A DNA stretch of 53,270 bases from Candidatus Levyibacteriota bacterium (GCA_027459745.1 DAIDHL010000008.1:1-53270), one strand, 5' to 3'; counted from the stretch's first letter, positions 9,735 through 19,973 are shown. Numbers and translations: made by a program. The notes: generated by a model not told the origin, from the sequence alone.

Positions 9735-10910
9735 ATGATACAGAAATTCCTTATTTTTATTTCTTTTATTTTTCTTTTTTTCTTCTTATCATTAAATAAT
9801 CAGACATTTGCACAAAGTACAAATAATTTACCTGAACTTGTTCCCGATGTATATGTGAAGGGACAAGTCACAAAGATTATCACATCAAGATTTACAAACT
9901 CCTCAGGATCAAAAAACTATTATGAGAAACTACAAGTACAATTACTTGAAGGGAAAGACAAGGGGAAGGATATTCCACTAGACATTCAAGGTGCGCCTAT
10001 GTTTGGTGATATACAAAAACTATCTTCAGGTGATCAGGTAGTTGTTAATGAAAAATTAGATCCATCCGGAAAAGTAACATATAGTCTTTACGAGGCATAT
10101 CGTTTGGGGAATTTTTGGTGGGTGCTCGCCGCATTTTGTCTTTTTATTGTTTTTGTTGCAGGAAGAAAAGGCGTTGGTGCACTCATCGGACTTTCCATTA
10201 GTATTGCAGTGATCACTCTTTATATTATCCCTCAAATTGTCAACGGTGTTGACCCATTAAGTGTTTGTGTCAATGGTGCGCTTATTATTCTTATCTTTAC
10301 CACATATATTGCACATGGTGTCTCGGTAAAAACAACAATTGCCATTATTGGCACAGGTATATCGCTTCTCATTGCAGTCAATCTTTCATCAATACTTATG
10401 CCATTTCTCCATTTAATTGGGTTAGGAAATATGGATGTGTATGATCTGCAACTTGGTACAAACAATAAAATTAATCCGGAAAGCCTACTCCTAGGTGGTA
10501 TTCTTATTGGTACACTCGGTGCGTTAAATGATATAACTACTACTCAGTCGCTGACTATTTTTACTTTTGTTCGAGAAAATCCAACTCAGAAATTTTATCC
10601 TTTATTTAAAAAAAGCATGGAGATAGGAAAAGAACACATTGCATCACTTATCAATACACTTATTCTTGCGTATGTTGGATCAACATTTGGTGCATTTATT
10701 TATATTGCAATCAATCCTACCAAAGTGCCTTTATGGGTGATTCTTAATAATGAGACTACAGTCGAAGACATGTTTCGTGCGCTCATGAGTAGCAGTGCAC
10801 TCGTTCTTGCTGTTCCAATCACTACTATACTTGCTTGTCTTGTTGCACTTCATGGAAAAAAGTATTTTACTTCGGCATATTCTTTTGTTCAAGCAGTAAT
10901 CCATTCATAA
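9735..10910 (+). CDS. YibE/F family membrane protein
   Basis: Extracellular N-domain, multiple TMs, GILIGTLGALNDIT..Q, NTLILAYVG. Confidence 0.85.
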   Translation: MIQKFLIFISFIFLFFFLSLNNQTFAQSTNNLPELVPDVYVKGQVTKIITSRFTNSSGSKNYYEKLQVQLLEGKDKGKDIPLDIQGAPMFGDIQKLSSGDQVVVNEKLDPSGKVTYSLYEAYRLGNFWWVLAAFCLFIVFVAGRKGVGALIGLSISIAVITLYIIPQIVNGVDPLSVCVNGALIILIFTTYIAHGVSVKTTIAIIGTGISLLIAVNLSSILMPFLHLIGLGNMDVYDLQLGTNNKINPESLLLGGILIGTLGALNDITTTQSLTIFTFVRENPTQKFYPLFKKSMEIGKEHIASLINTLILAYVGSTFGAFIYIAINPTKVPLWVILNNETTVEDMFRALMSSSALVLAVPITTILACLVALHGKKYFTSAYSFVQAVIHS

Positions 10911-11034
10911 TTTAGCCATACAGAACTAACTAAATATTCAAAAAAAGCCATAATATATTTGTCAGCGTCTTTTAAGTGTCATATATAAGCTAACACGAAG
11001 CTATGCTATAATTTCAACTTATGTATAGTACGAA

Positions 11035-12000
11035 ATGAAAATAAAATATCATAAAAAGAAAAATCAACAAACGAAGAGAACAATTATCCATTCATCATCA
11101 TATTTTTATAACAAGCAATTATTTGCGTTCTTGATTGTTTTTATAATAGCAGTTATATACCTAAGTGCTTTTTTCATTTATTATACTCCGTTCTCTCCTA
11201 ATAGCGTGATTCCTGAAACAGAAAAAAACTCAATGAAAAAAATACCTGCAGATGTAAAAATTATGCTTAAAAAGCAAACACCTATAGCAAGTTTGTCTGC
11301 AACTCTTCATGTCCCTATTCTTATGTACCATTATGTTGAATATTTGCAAAATAGGACAGATACAGAACGACAGCTGCTGAATGTAAATCCTGATATATTT
11401 GAGAAACAAATTGAGACGCTTTTAGCGGACGGGTATACATTTATTACCGCAAAAGATTTAGGAGATATTTTTGACGGAAAAATACCACTTCCTACTAAAC
11501 CAGTACTATTAACTTTTGACGACGGCCATTGGGATCTAGATACGGTTGTATTGCCAATTCTTAAAAAATATCATATCAAAGCTACTGCATACATCGTACC
11601 TGGTTTTATAGATACAAACTCTGACTCATTGACAACAAAAGAGCTACAGAATCTTATTGACAGTGGGCTAATTGATGTCGGAGCGCATACAGTCATGCAC
11701 GTATCTTTAAAAGGAGAATCCCTATCAAAAGCAAAATATGAAGTTAATACCAGTAAAACAATGCTTGAGCAAAAATATCATATCCATGTCTATTCTTTTG
11801 CCTATCCATATGGCTCATTCGATCAACAAACAATTACATTGGTAAAACAAGTAGGATTTACCACAGCTGCGTCAACCATACCTGGTAATAACCAAAGTCC
11901 ACAAAACAGATACTTTCTTTTTAGAGTACGACCTGGGTATATGACAGGAAAAGCACTTTTACATTACCTTAATCAAGTATGGCCTATCTATAAACGTTAA
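11035..12000 (+). CDS. Polysaccharide deacetylase (CE4), membrane anchored
   Basis: PILMYH, LTFDDG, HTVMH, FAYPYG. Confidence 0.9.
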   Translation: MKIKYHKKKNQQTKRTIIHSSSYFYNKQLFAFLIVFIIAVIYLSAFFIYYTPFSPNSVIPETEKNSMKKIPADVKIMLKKQTPIASLSATLHVPILMYHYVEYLQNRTDTERQLLNVNPDIFEKQIETLLADGYTFITAKDLGDIFDGKIPLPTKPVLLTFDDGHWDLDTVVLPILKKYHIKATAYIVPGFIDTNSDSLTTKELQNLIDSGLIDVGAHTVMHVSLKGESLSKAKYEVNTSKTMLEQKYHIHVYSFAYPYGSFDQQTITLVKQVGFTTAASTIPGNNQSPQNRYFLFRVRPGYMTGKALLHYLNQVWPIYKR

Positions 12001-12035
12001 TAACCAACATAGTACGATACATTCAAAGACACTGA

Positions 12036-12437
12036 CTATTGCACATTAATATCAAAATCCTTGTTCTCATTCGTGCCATCTGGCATTGTGACTTGCGTTG
12101 AAATCTTCCAGGGTCCGCCCATTGAGAAATTTCCATCAGCTGCATATTGTCCATTACCTTGAGAAGTAGCACTTCCTTGCTGTGTACCCATATTCATACT
12201 TGTCATATTTAAGGTAAAATTAACCTTAGCATTATCGACTGACTTTCCGTCTTTATCTTTTACAGAAACGATCAGAGTTGTTTTGCCTGTACGTGCAGGA
12301 TTAGGATTGGTCAATAAACTTATATCACCATTTCCACTACCCGCTGTTCCAGAAGGATTTGTATTCACAACAAATACTAAAACAAATAAAATAATAACAA
12401 TTCCGGCTACGATTCCAAATAATACTTTGCTATTCAT
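12036..12437 (-). CDS. YtkA/FixH-like protein
   Basis: TM anchor, MTSMNMG, GQY...FSMGGPW. Confidence 0.75.
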   Translation of the reverse strand: MNSKVLFGIVAGIVIILFVLVFVVNTNPSGTAGSGNGDISLLTNPNPARTGKTTLIVSVKDKDGKSVDNAKVNFTLNMTSMNMGTQQGSATSQGNGQYAADGNFSMGGPWKISTQVTMPDGTNENKDFDINVQ

Positions 12438-12457
12438 ATCATCACCTCCTTTAAAAA

Positions 12458-13504
12458 TTAAGTTACATTAATAATCATCATCAGCCCACCCGGATCTTTA
12501 TGATCATTTGTTGTGTGATGTGAAATGTGACAATGTAGTAACCATTTCCCTGGTCGATCGGGTGTAAACTGAACGTCATAGCGCTCTCCAGGTCCTACTT
12601 CCACTGTATCTTTCATAATCTGAGCACTTTGTGGTACATCATTTCCATCTGTTGCAACAATTGTAAAAGGGAAACCGTGCAAATGCATTGGATGAATCAT
12701 TTGTCCTGTGCCAATGAATCGAAGTCTTACCAATTGTCCAACTTTTACATTCAGTTGTTGCGTCTCAGGATATGATTTCCCATTGATCGTAAAGAAATTC
12801 CCATCCATTCCTGTTGCTGGCATTGCAGCATACGTTTGCCCGTCGATAATTCGCCATTCATTAAGCATCAATACTTGATCAACATCTGGTTTTGGATTGA
12901 GTCCTCCTGGCGGATCAATTATAAAAGCACCTGATAGTCCAACAGACACCTGTTTATCAGGATTGAAATGGGAATGATACCAATACGTTCCTGCTGGTTT
13001 TGCCACAAACTCGTAGGTAAAAGATTGTCCAGGTTGAATTGGTTTTTGTGTTATGTCTGGTATGCCATCCATATTATTTGGAACTTGAATTCCATGCCAA
13101 TGAATAGTGGTTGGTTCTGGTAGTTCATTTTTTACAATAATGCGAACGTTATCACCCTCTGTAACGTGAATAAGTGGTCCTGGGACAGTTCCGTTATATG
13201 TCCAAGCAGTTGCTATTGTTCCTTTCACTATTTCCCAACGTATTGGTTCTGCGGTCAAATGAAATACTTTGGTAGTTCCATCCATAGTATATGGAAGTGG
13301 TTGTAGCCCTTGGGTTTGTGTTGCCATTGGAACTCCTTTTGCAGGAATTGCTTCCATTGCTTTTGCAGCATCAGAATTTTCATTTACTGTCGTTAATTGT
13401 GCGGGGGCTCCAGCTGTTCGATATTTGTTATATAACATGCCTGCTAAGACTACTCCAATAATAACGAAAAGAATAATAAATTTGTTGTAGAATTTTTGTT
13501 TCAT
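12458..13504 (-). CDS. Two-domain multicopper oxidase
   Basis: TIHWHG, WYHSH, HPMHLHG, HCHISHH...M; 348 aa. Confidence 0.9.
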   Translation of the reverse strand: MKQKFYNKFIILFVIIGVVLAGMLYNKYRTAGAPAQLTTVNENSDAAKAMEAIPAKGVPMATQTQGLQPLPYTMDGTTKVFHLTAEPIRWEIVKGTIATAWTYNGTVPGPLIHVTEGDNVRIIVKNELPEPTTIHWHGIQVPNNMDGIPDITQKPIQPGQSFTYEFVAKPAGTYWYHSHFNPDKQVSVGLSGAFIIDPPGGLNPKPDVDQVLMLNEWRIIDGQTYAAMPATGMDGNFFTINGKSYPETQQLNVKVGQLVRLRFIGTGQMIHPMHLHGFPFTIVATDGNDVPQSAQIMKDTVEVGPGERYDVQFTPDRPGKWLLHCHISHHTTNDHKDPGGLMMIINVT

Positions 13505-14205
13505 ATTGTTTGTAGATCTAAATCAATGATTGTCTTATAGACGTCAAATGGTTGATCACTACTGACTAATTTTGTATTGCCTCTACTATCAATTATAAAG
13601 GTTGCTGGCAATGCACTTGCTCCTGCATTTTGAGCATCATTTGCTTGATCTTGGATTGCTTGTACAAATTTCCCCGAGTCAAGACACTTCTGAAATGATG
13701 TATTGTATATTCCTAATTCTGCTGCCAATGGTGTTAACTTGGTTAACGCAAATCCAGTGCCACCTGAGTAACTTCTCCTAAAGATTATATCAGTATATTT
13801 CCAATACGTCGTATTTCCACCCAGAGAAGCAGCGCATTCTGACGCTTCTGCTTCTTTTTCAGCGTTTGCGTGTTGGAGTAACGGATAATTTCTTGTCACA
13901 AAACGAATTTTATCTCCGTAGGTTTGCATAATTTGTTTGATCGTTGGTTGGAACTGTTGACAGGAAGGACATTCCAGATCAGTATATTCAACCAAAGTTA
14001 TTTTTCCATTTAGGTTTCCTTTTATATGATCATTTTTTGAAATTGCCATAATTTTCCCAGCAGCTGCTTGCACTTTTCCTTGCAATTGCAGTTGTGCTTG
14101 TAATAGTGTAATTGATTGTGTTTTATCCATTGTTTGCACTTTCATATATAAAAACAGCAGTAACACCACAGAAAAAATGACGGCTATGAGCAATAATCGT
14201 TGCAT
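13501..14205 (-). CDS. DsbA/BdbD family thioredoxin-fold protein
   Basis: EYTDLECPSC, RNYPL, cis-Pro LP; N-terminal TM. Confidence 0.88.
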   Translation of the reverse strand: MQRLLLIAVIFSVVLLLFLYMKVQTMDKTQSITLLQAQLQLQGKVQAAAGKIMAISKNDHIKGNLNGKITLVEYTDLECPSCQQFQPTIKQIMQTYGDKIRFVTRNYPLLQHANAEKEAEASECAASLGGNTTYWKYTDIIFRRSYSGGTGFALTKLTPLAAELGIYNTSFQKCLDSGKFVQAIQDQANDAQNAGASALPATFIIDSRGNTKLVSSDQPFDVYKTIIDLDLQTI

Positions 14206-14213
14206 AATAAATT

Positions 14214-14738
14214 TTATTCTAAACTATCTTGTTTGCTAGCTAATGGTAATGCACATGCTTGTGTCGATTTTTGCTTGAGTAAATAGAAAAGAGAGCCACT
14301 AAGCATAATAATTGATATATACGGTAATTCTGCACCTTTAAATGGAAGAAAAGCGACACTGCCACTTAATCCAAGAAGGGAAAGCACTGGCAGCCCACAT
14401 GATGCACATCCTCCTCCTGCGATACTGAGTAGTGAGCTTCCACCAGCAACAATGCGAACTTTTCCCGATTGCTTGATTTGCTTCATTCTCGATCTGACAA
14501 CGGCAAAATTAATACCAATGAGCATGCCAGTAATAACCATGGTAATAAAACCAACTGCTCCCATCGTCGTCCAAAGTCCAATTGTTAAGGCAAAAAACAG
14601 TTGTAATTTATATTGTATCGGTGATTGTTCAAATATGGTCTCATTAATAATCACAATATTTCGAGCATAGGCGAGGACTAATAAGTAACTAAGGGTTATA
14701 AGGAAAATAAATAGCAAGGTTTGACGAGTAATGCGCAT
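14214..14738 (-). CDS. Membrane protein with GCASCG motif
   Basis: About 4 TMs, intramembrane CxxC, C-terminal Cys; lies between two dsbA genes. Confidence 0.75.
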   Translation of the reverse strand: MRITRQTLLFIFLITLSYLLVLAYARNIVIINETIFEQSPIQYKLQLFFALTIGLWTTMGAVGFITMVITGMLIGINFAVVRSRMKQIKQSGKVRIVAGGSSLLSIAGGGCASCGLPVLSLLGLSGSVAFLPFKGAELPYISIIMLSGSLFYLLKQKSTQACALPLASKQDSLE

Positions 14739-14743
14739 AGTAA

Positions 14744-15526
14744 TTATTTGCTCAACTCCTGATTCACAACAGTTTCTATTGCACTTAATGGTTGTGCACC
14801 AACTAGTTGTTTACCATTAATATAAAACGTTGGTGTGCCACTTACTCCTGCTTTTTGTCCTGCTGCAATATCATCTTGCATCTTTTTATCATCTGTTTTG
14901 TTATCCATACAACCTTTAAACTGAGTTGCATCCATGCCGAGTGTTCCGGCAATCTGTGAGAGATTGTCTGATGTATACATCGATGTATCGGTCTCTGAAG
15001 GTTGGTTTTTATACAAATAATCATGCATCTCCCAGAATTTGTTTTGGTCATTTGCACATTCAATTGCATTCCCAGCAACGAGAGATGCTGGACCTAAAAA
15101 TTCATATTGACGGAAGGCAAATGTCGCTTTTCCAGAATCGACATATTCTTTTATGAGTTGCGATTCAGTGTTATCAAAGAATTGTTTACAAAACGGACAT
15201 CGCATATCTTCAAATGCAACTATTTGGACTTTTGCGCCCGTAGTTCCCTTTATAGGAAAATGTCCATTATCCACTTGAACAATTGGAGGAATACCCGCTG
15301 GTGCGCCAGCTTGTGCACCTGCAACATTTTGTGTTGGAGCTGTTGCTGCCAAAGCTTTTGTATCAGATTGTAATTGTACTTTGGTTATAAACATACCAAG
15401 AAGAAATGAGGTGATAATAAGAGCAACAACGAGAAGTGGTGTATAGATATTCTGTTTCACTATTTCAGTAGTGGTTGTGACATCTGAATCTTGACTCTTT
15501 AGGTTTATTGAATGAAATTTTTTCAT
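14744..15526 (-). CDS. DsbA family protein
   Basis: FEDMRCPFC, GVSGTPTFYING. Confidence 0.9.
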   Translation of the reverse strand: MKKFHSINLKSQDSDVTTTTEIVKQNIYTPLLVVALIITSFLLGMFITKVQLQSDTKALAATAPTQNVAGAQAGAPAGIPPIVQVDNGHFPIKGTTGAKVQIVAFEDMRCPFCKQFFDNTESQLIKEYVDSGKATFAFRQYEFLGPASLVAGNAIECANDQNKFWEMHDYLYKNQPSETDTSMYTSDNLSQIAGTLGMDATQFKGCMDNKTDDKKMQDDIAAGQKAGVSGTPTFYINGKQLVGAQPLSAIETVVNQELSK

Positions 15527-15550
15527 ATCTCCTACATAGTGTAGGAGATA
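15526..15550. promoter_or_regulatory. BlaI-type operator over the dsbA RBS
   Basis: TATCTCCTACA-TAG-TGTAGGAGATA, 11-bp perfect IR. Confidence 0.75.
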
Positions 15551-15563
15551 ATTATTCTCTCTG

Positions 15564-16565
15564 TCAATATGTCACTTTATGCAATGGAGAAAATGGACGG
15601 GATACATTATCCGTTGAGTATGGAATCACATAAGGTTTGGCAATCGTGATATTTGTACACGAGTTAAGACATCCCTGTCCTTGCAAGCATACCATCATGA
15701 CGTCTTGGGTATGGCTATGGACTTCCATTGCATGAACTGGAATTATAAGTAAGAAGGTTAACACAACACTACTTGCAGTACTGATAAGAATTTTATTTAA
15801 ACTAAATCGATTATTGTAATGCTTTCCTGCTAATGCATAGATTCTTGGGAGAAGTGTATGTGCATCTCCAATTGACGTTGCTGTAGATAGTTGTAGAGAA
15901 GGAACAAGTAATAATTTTTTGAGTATAGTTGCAATAAATACATCTGTACCCATTGTCTTGATAGCTTGTCTATCAGCTGCTATTTCCCTTTGAATTTTAT
16001 ATGAGCGCGTATACTCATTAAGTATGGGAAAAAAAGGAAAAAGAAATGAAAGTGTATTAGCAATAAGCATAATACTACTATCTCGATGCTCAATATGATA
16101 TTTTTCATGGAGTACGATGGCTTCAAGTTCTCTTTTTGTCATCTGTTTTACAAGCGTTGAGGAAAGATAAATATTTGGTTTGATTATTCCAAAGCAAAAA
16201 GCAAATGTTTTACTACTTTGCACGATATAAGTACGGTTCCTTACCCCATATTTCTCAATAGATAGCAACATTCGATTTGTTGGAATTGCGTATCGTTTAA
16301 ATTCTTGTTTTAACTGGTGACTATGCCAAAGATACATGATAAATCGGATCAAACTATATCCACTAAAAGCTGACAACGTAATAAAAAGGATGATACTTAC
16401 CATATGGGGAAATTCCACTGTTGAAAAACCAAATACACGCTGACAGTAATAAACTGTATGTTCTAAAAAGAGAGGAAAATACTTTACTATGATTCTCCCT
16501 ACGGACAAGCTAAATACTATAAACAAGAGAGAAAATATGAGCAGATTTTTATTGATGTTTTTCAT
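15564..16565 (-). CDS. M56 family metallopeptidase (BlaR1-like, no penicillin-binding domain)
   Basis: AFCFG..KP.IY, HEKYH (HExxH), REIAAD; adjacent to blaI; start likely 16565 (track gives 16601). Confidence 0.88.
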   Translation of the reverse strand: MKNINKNLLIFSLLFIVFSLSVGRIIVKYFPLFLEHTVYYCQRVFGFSTVEFPHMVSIILFITLSAFSGYSLIRFIMYLWHSHQLKQEFKRYAIPTNRMLLSIEKYGVRNRTYIVQSSKTFAFCFGIIKPNIYLSSTLVKQMTKRELEAIVLHEKYHIEHRDSSIMLIANTLSFLFPFFPILNEYTRSYKIQREIAADRQAIKTMGTDVFIATILKKLLLVPSLQLSTATSIGDAHTLLPRIYALAGKHYNNRFSLNKILISTASSVVLTFLLIIPVHAMEVHSHTQDVMMVCLQGQGCLNSCTNITIAKPYVIPYSTDNVSRPFSPLHKVTY

Positions 16566-16929
16566 GTTTTTCAAGTATGTGCAACAATTCCTGTTTTTCA
16601 AGCTGGGGTAAGTTTTCTATACTTTCTGCAAACGATGCCATACCAGATGTTCCAAAAGATTCAAGATATTTTTTTAAAAATCCATCAACGACATTTCTCC
16701 CATAGGAGGCTTTCGTTATCTTTGCAGTAAACGTATGAGGAAATTTTATTATTTTTTTCTTTACAAATCCTTTTTGTTCGAGTCTTTGTAGAATTGTCCC
16801 AATCGTATTATATGCTAGTAACTTTTTTGAAGATTGTTTTTCCAACACATCACGAATTGAGACTTCGCCCTCCTCCCAGACGATATCCATGATTTCTAGT
16901 TCTAAATTACTAATTTCTTTATATGCCAT
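16549..16929 (-). CDS. BlaI/MecI/CopY family transcriptional repressor
   Basis: ISNLELEIMDIVW, LAYNTIGTILQRL..KG. Confidence 0.92.
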   Translation of the reverse strand: MAYKEISNLELEIMDIVWEEGEVSIRDVLEKQSSKKLLAYNTIGTILQRLEQKGFVKKKIIKFPHTFTAKITKASYGRNVVDGFLKKYLESFGTSGMASFAESIENLPQLEKQELLHILEKHEKHQ

Positions 16930-16947
16930 TCCTACATAGTGTAGGAA
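16929..16947. promoter_or_regulatory. BlaI-type operator (autoregulatory)
   Basis: TTCCTACA-TAG-TGTAGGAA abutting the blaI start codon. Confidence 0.78.
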
Positions 16948-16982
16948 AATACAATCAAAAGTGCAATAATGAATATACAGTT

Positions 16983-17474
16983 ATGAAACGTCATTGGGTC
17001 TTCCTATTAGTATTGTTTTGTCTTCTTGCAGTAATAACGATCTACTTTTCTTTTAAGATATCAAATCAGCAACTTTCGACAAAGGAAAATTCTCACATAC
17101 AAGTTCTTTCTCAATGTGTAACTGACGACCAAGCAAAAGAACATTATCATGTTAACCTGACACTTACTATCTTAGGAAAACCTGCTTTGCTACCCAATAA
17201 TTTAGGTATTGAAGATGGATGTCTGCATCCGATACAAGTCCACGATAATACTGACGGAACAGTCCATATCCACTACACAAAACCTTTTCCTTTTACCCTC
17301 GGAGACATTTTTTCGATCTGGGGAATGACCTTCTCAAAAAATCAATTCTCAGGATTTTTCTTTCCAGATAGATATCATATCAATCTTGTTATCAATGGGA
17401 AAGAAAATACACAATTTGAAAACTATATTCTCAAGCCTGATGATACGATTGCACTCACGATAACAAAAAAATGA
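16983..17474 (+). CDS. Membrane-anchored His-motif protein
   Basis: TM, HYH, CLHPIQVHD, HIH, FTLGDIF..WG; start likely ATG 16983. Confidence 0.7.
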   Translation: MKRHWVFLLVLFCLLAVITIYFSFKISNQQLSTKENSHIQVLSQCVTDDQAKEHYHVNLTLTILGKPALLPNNLGIEDGCLHPIQVHDNTDGTVHIHYTKPFPFTLGDIFSIWGMTFSKNQFSGFFFPDRYHINLVINGKENTQFENYILKPDDTIALTITKK

Positions 17475-17493
17475 GGTAATTTGATACAATACA

Positions 17494-18138
17494 ATGATGA
17501 ACGAGGCAGTAAAGCAAAAGTTAGAAATATTTTTTTCCGAATTCAAACATCTTACTTTTAAAAAAGGAGAGATACTTATTCGTGCCGATGATGATCCTGC
17601 GGGAATTTTTTATCTCAAACAAGGCACTGTTCGCCAGTATGCAATTTCCAAAGACGGTGAAGAGCAAACGTTAACCTTGTATAAACCAATTGCATATTTT
17701 CCGATGATGTGGGCAATGAACGATATCCATAACACCTATTATTTTGAGGCTCTCACCGATGTTGAAGTCTACAGAGCTCCGAGAGATGTTGTTTTAGAAT
17801 TTGTTAAAAAAGAACCTGATGTTTTGTATGATCTGACAAGCAGAATATATAGCGGAATGCATGGATTATTAACCAGAATGGAATATTTGTTATTTAGTAG
17901 TGCATATAACAAAATACTTTTTACAATTATGAATAATGCAACCAGATTTGGAACACAAGAATATGGTGAAGTTCATTTACATATGACGCATAAGGATATT
18001 GCAGCTTTCTCAGGACTCACAAAAGAAACAATCAGCCGTGAAATAAAAAAATTGGAAGAAAAAGGATTGGTGAAAAATCAAAATCAACTCATAATTATTA
18101 AAGATATAAAAATAATAGAGCAGGAGCTTTTAAGTTAA
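17494..18138 (+). CDS. Crp/Fnr family transcriptional regulator
   Basis: cNMP-binding fold plus HTH THKDIA...TKETISR; no Cys. Confidence 0.92.
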   Translation: MMNEAVKQKLEIFFSEFKHLTFKKGEILIRADDDPAGIFYLKQGTVRQYAISKDGEEQTLTLYKPIAYFPMMWAMNDIHNTYYFEALTDVEVYRAPRDVVLEFVKKEPDVLYDLTSRIYSGMHGLLTRMEYLLFSSAYNKILFTIMNNATRFGTQEYGEVHLHMTHKDIAAFSGLTKETISREIKKLEEKGLVKNQNQLIIIKDIKIIEQELLS

Positions 18139-18512
18139 CAACCACATTTACATTCAGAACAATTATTTGTTTTTGTAATAACTTCTTTTGTTGAGATAAT
18201 ACGATTCCTCTTTTTCTCATCATCTGGTAATCCGTTTGGCAATATATATCCTTGCCAATTACCATATCCGACAGACAATTCTAAATGAGGCTGATCAGTA
18301 AAATTTGGTTCTTTTTCTACATCATATAACCTGTATTTTCCCATTGATAACGTCGAATCAGCGTCATGAATTTTATGAGAAGTAACAAGAAGTTCGCCAA
18401 TATCTTTTGCATTTACCCATGAAAAGGTACTCTTATCGTCAAGTGTAAGAATTTTTGCTTGTCCCTTTGTTTCAATGAGTTTATAGTCTCCACGCTGCAC
18501 TACTTGTAGCAT
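18135..18512 (-). CDS. Hypothetical protein with Cys-rich C-terminus
   Basis: 125-aa ORF ending CSECKCGC. Confidence 0.65.
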   Translation of the reverse strand: MLQVVQRGDYKLIETKGQAKILTLDDKSTFSWVNAKDIGELLVTSHKIHDADSTLSMGKYRLYDVEKEPNFTDQPHLELSVGYGNWQGYILPNGLPDDEKKRNRIISTKEVITKTNNCSECKCGC

Positions 18513-18547
18513 ATAAACACATTACTATACCCGCAAATATTTTAATA

Positions 18548-18612
18548 ATGATCTACATCAACTCGATATGTTGATTTTCATCATTAGTAATCATCTTTTA
18601 ATTTCGGATAAT
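18548..18612 (+). promoter_or_regulatory. Tandem FNR-like boxes plus -10
   Basis: ATGATctacATCAA (18548), TTGATtttcATCAT (18571), -10 GATAAT (18607). Confidence 0.72.
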
Positions 18613-18626
18613 GGGCAAAGTTAATT

Positions 18627-19130
18627 ATGGAAGGGAAAAAGTTTATTATTTTAATCGCTGCAGCTACAATCCTTATTCTTTTTGGAGCAGTAATAGGACT
18701 ATCTGCATCATCTCAATCGCAGTCTCAAACGTCTGTATCTAAAAACGTAAAAGCAACGGTAAATGACCCGACGAGCTATGATTGGGGCACTATTCCTTAC
18801 AGTGGTGGAGTTGTAAGTAAAGACTTTACTATTAAAAACACCGGAACAGAGACCTTGAAACTCTTTAACATAAAAACATCTTGCCATTGCACAAAAGCGC
18901 ATCTCGCTATTGACGGGACAGCAAGTCCTGACTTTGGCATGGATAGTATGTCTGACTGGACTGGACTTGTACCTGCGGGAAAGGAAGCAAGATTAACAGT
19001 TGTTTTCGATCCAGCATTTCATGGACCATCAGGTATCGGACCAATAAATCGTTTCGTATCTGTTCAAACTAATTCTGCAGCTGATACTCAGCTGACATTT
19101 ACTTTAACTGGAACTGTTGTAAATAAATGA
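18627..19130 (+). CDS. DUF1573 domain protein
   Basis: YDWG.I, FTIKNTG..L, TSCHCT, FDPAFHG. Confidence 0.8.
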   Translation: MEGKKFIILIAAATILILFGAVIGLSASSQSQSQTSVSKNVKATVNDPTSYDWGTIPYSGGVVSKDFTIKNTGTETLKLFNIKTSCHCTKAHLAIDGTASPDFGMDSMSDWTGLVPAGKEARLTVVFDPAFHGPSGIGPINRFVSVQTNSAADTQLTFTLTGTVVNK

Positions 19131-19131
19131 C

Positions 19132-19971
19132 ATGGAAAACGTCTTATTTCAAACATCATTAATTGCTGCTTTTGTGGCAGGAGTTGTAGCGTTATTTGCT
19201 CCTTGCTGCATTTCTTTTCTTTTACCTGCGTACTTAGGTAATGTCTTCAAAGAAAAAGAGAAGGTGCTATTAATGACGCTCATTTTTGGTCTTGGCATCT
19301 TTATCGTTATGATGCCAGCAGTTCTGGGAGTGGCACTTCTTTCAAAAGCACTGTTTATCTACCACGACACGCTTTATACGATTGGCGGATTTGTCATGCT
19401 GGCAATTGCTGCTATTACATTCTTAGGACTGAAACTGCCTATGGTTTCTTTACCTGGGAGAGCAACACAAAAAACTGACCCTCTTTCAGTATTTATACTC
19501 GGTATTTTTTCAGGTATTACCAGTGCGTGTTGCGCACCAGTCCTGATTGGTATCCTCGCGCTGACTTTTCTTTCTCCAAACTTCTTTGGGGCACTTGGAA
19601 TTGGTGCAGTCTATGTTTTGGGTATGGTAACGCCACTTTTGGTTATTTCTGTCTTTTTATCAGGCAAGGCTGGAAAATTTGTTTTATTAAAGAAACCTAT
19701 TTTGCAATTTCACTTTTTAGGCAAAGAGAGAGTCCTCATTCTGAGTAATCTTATTGCAAGTATAATCTTTTTCATCACGGGTATTTTTATTCTCTATCTC
19801 AAGGCAATTGGTAGACTTGGCATGGGAGATGTCAATGGGTTTACCAAAGTTATCACAGGAGTTGAAAGCTATATGAATCATCTCGTAGGTAACAATCCTC
19901 TTCTCAATATTGCCTTTGTAGCACTATTAGCTTTTGTTATATACAAAATTGTAAAAAAAGGGATAAAATAA
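19132..19971 (+). CDS. CcdA/DsbD-type transmembrane thiol-disulfide transporter
   Basis: AFVAG...FAPCC...LPAYL and SACCAPVL. Confidence 0.85.
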   Translation: MENVLFQTSLIAAFVAGVVALFAPCCISFLLPAYLGNVFKEKEKVLLMTLIFGLGIFIVMMPAVLGVALLSKALFIYHDTLYTIGGFVMLAIAAITFLGLKLPMVSLPGRATQKTDPLSVFILGIFSGITSACCAPVLIGILALTFLSPNFFGALGIGAVYVLGMVTPLLVISVFLSGKAGKFVLLKKPILQFHFLGKERVLILSNLIASIIFFITGIFILYLKAIGRLGMGDVNGFTKVITGVESYMNHLVGNNPLLNIAFVALLAFVIYKIVKKGIK

Positions 19972-19973
19972 AT

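Noticed and set aside
15526-15550. Palindrome as a Rho-independent terminator
   Set aside because: No U tract, and the same core recurs at three other gene starts, which fits an operator.
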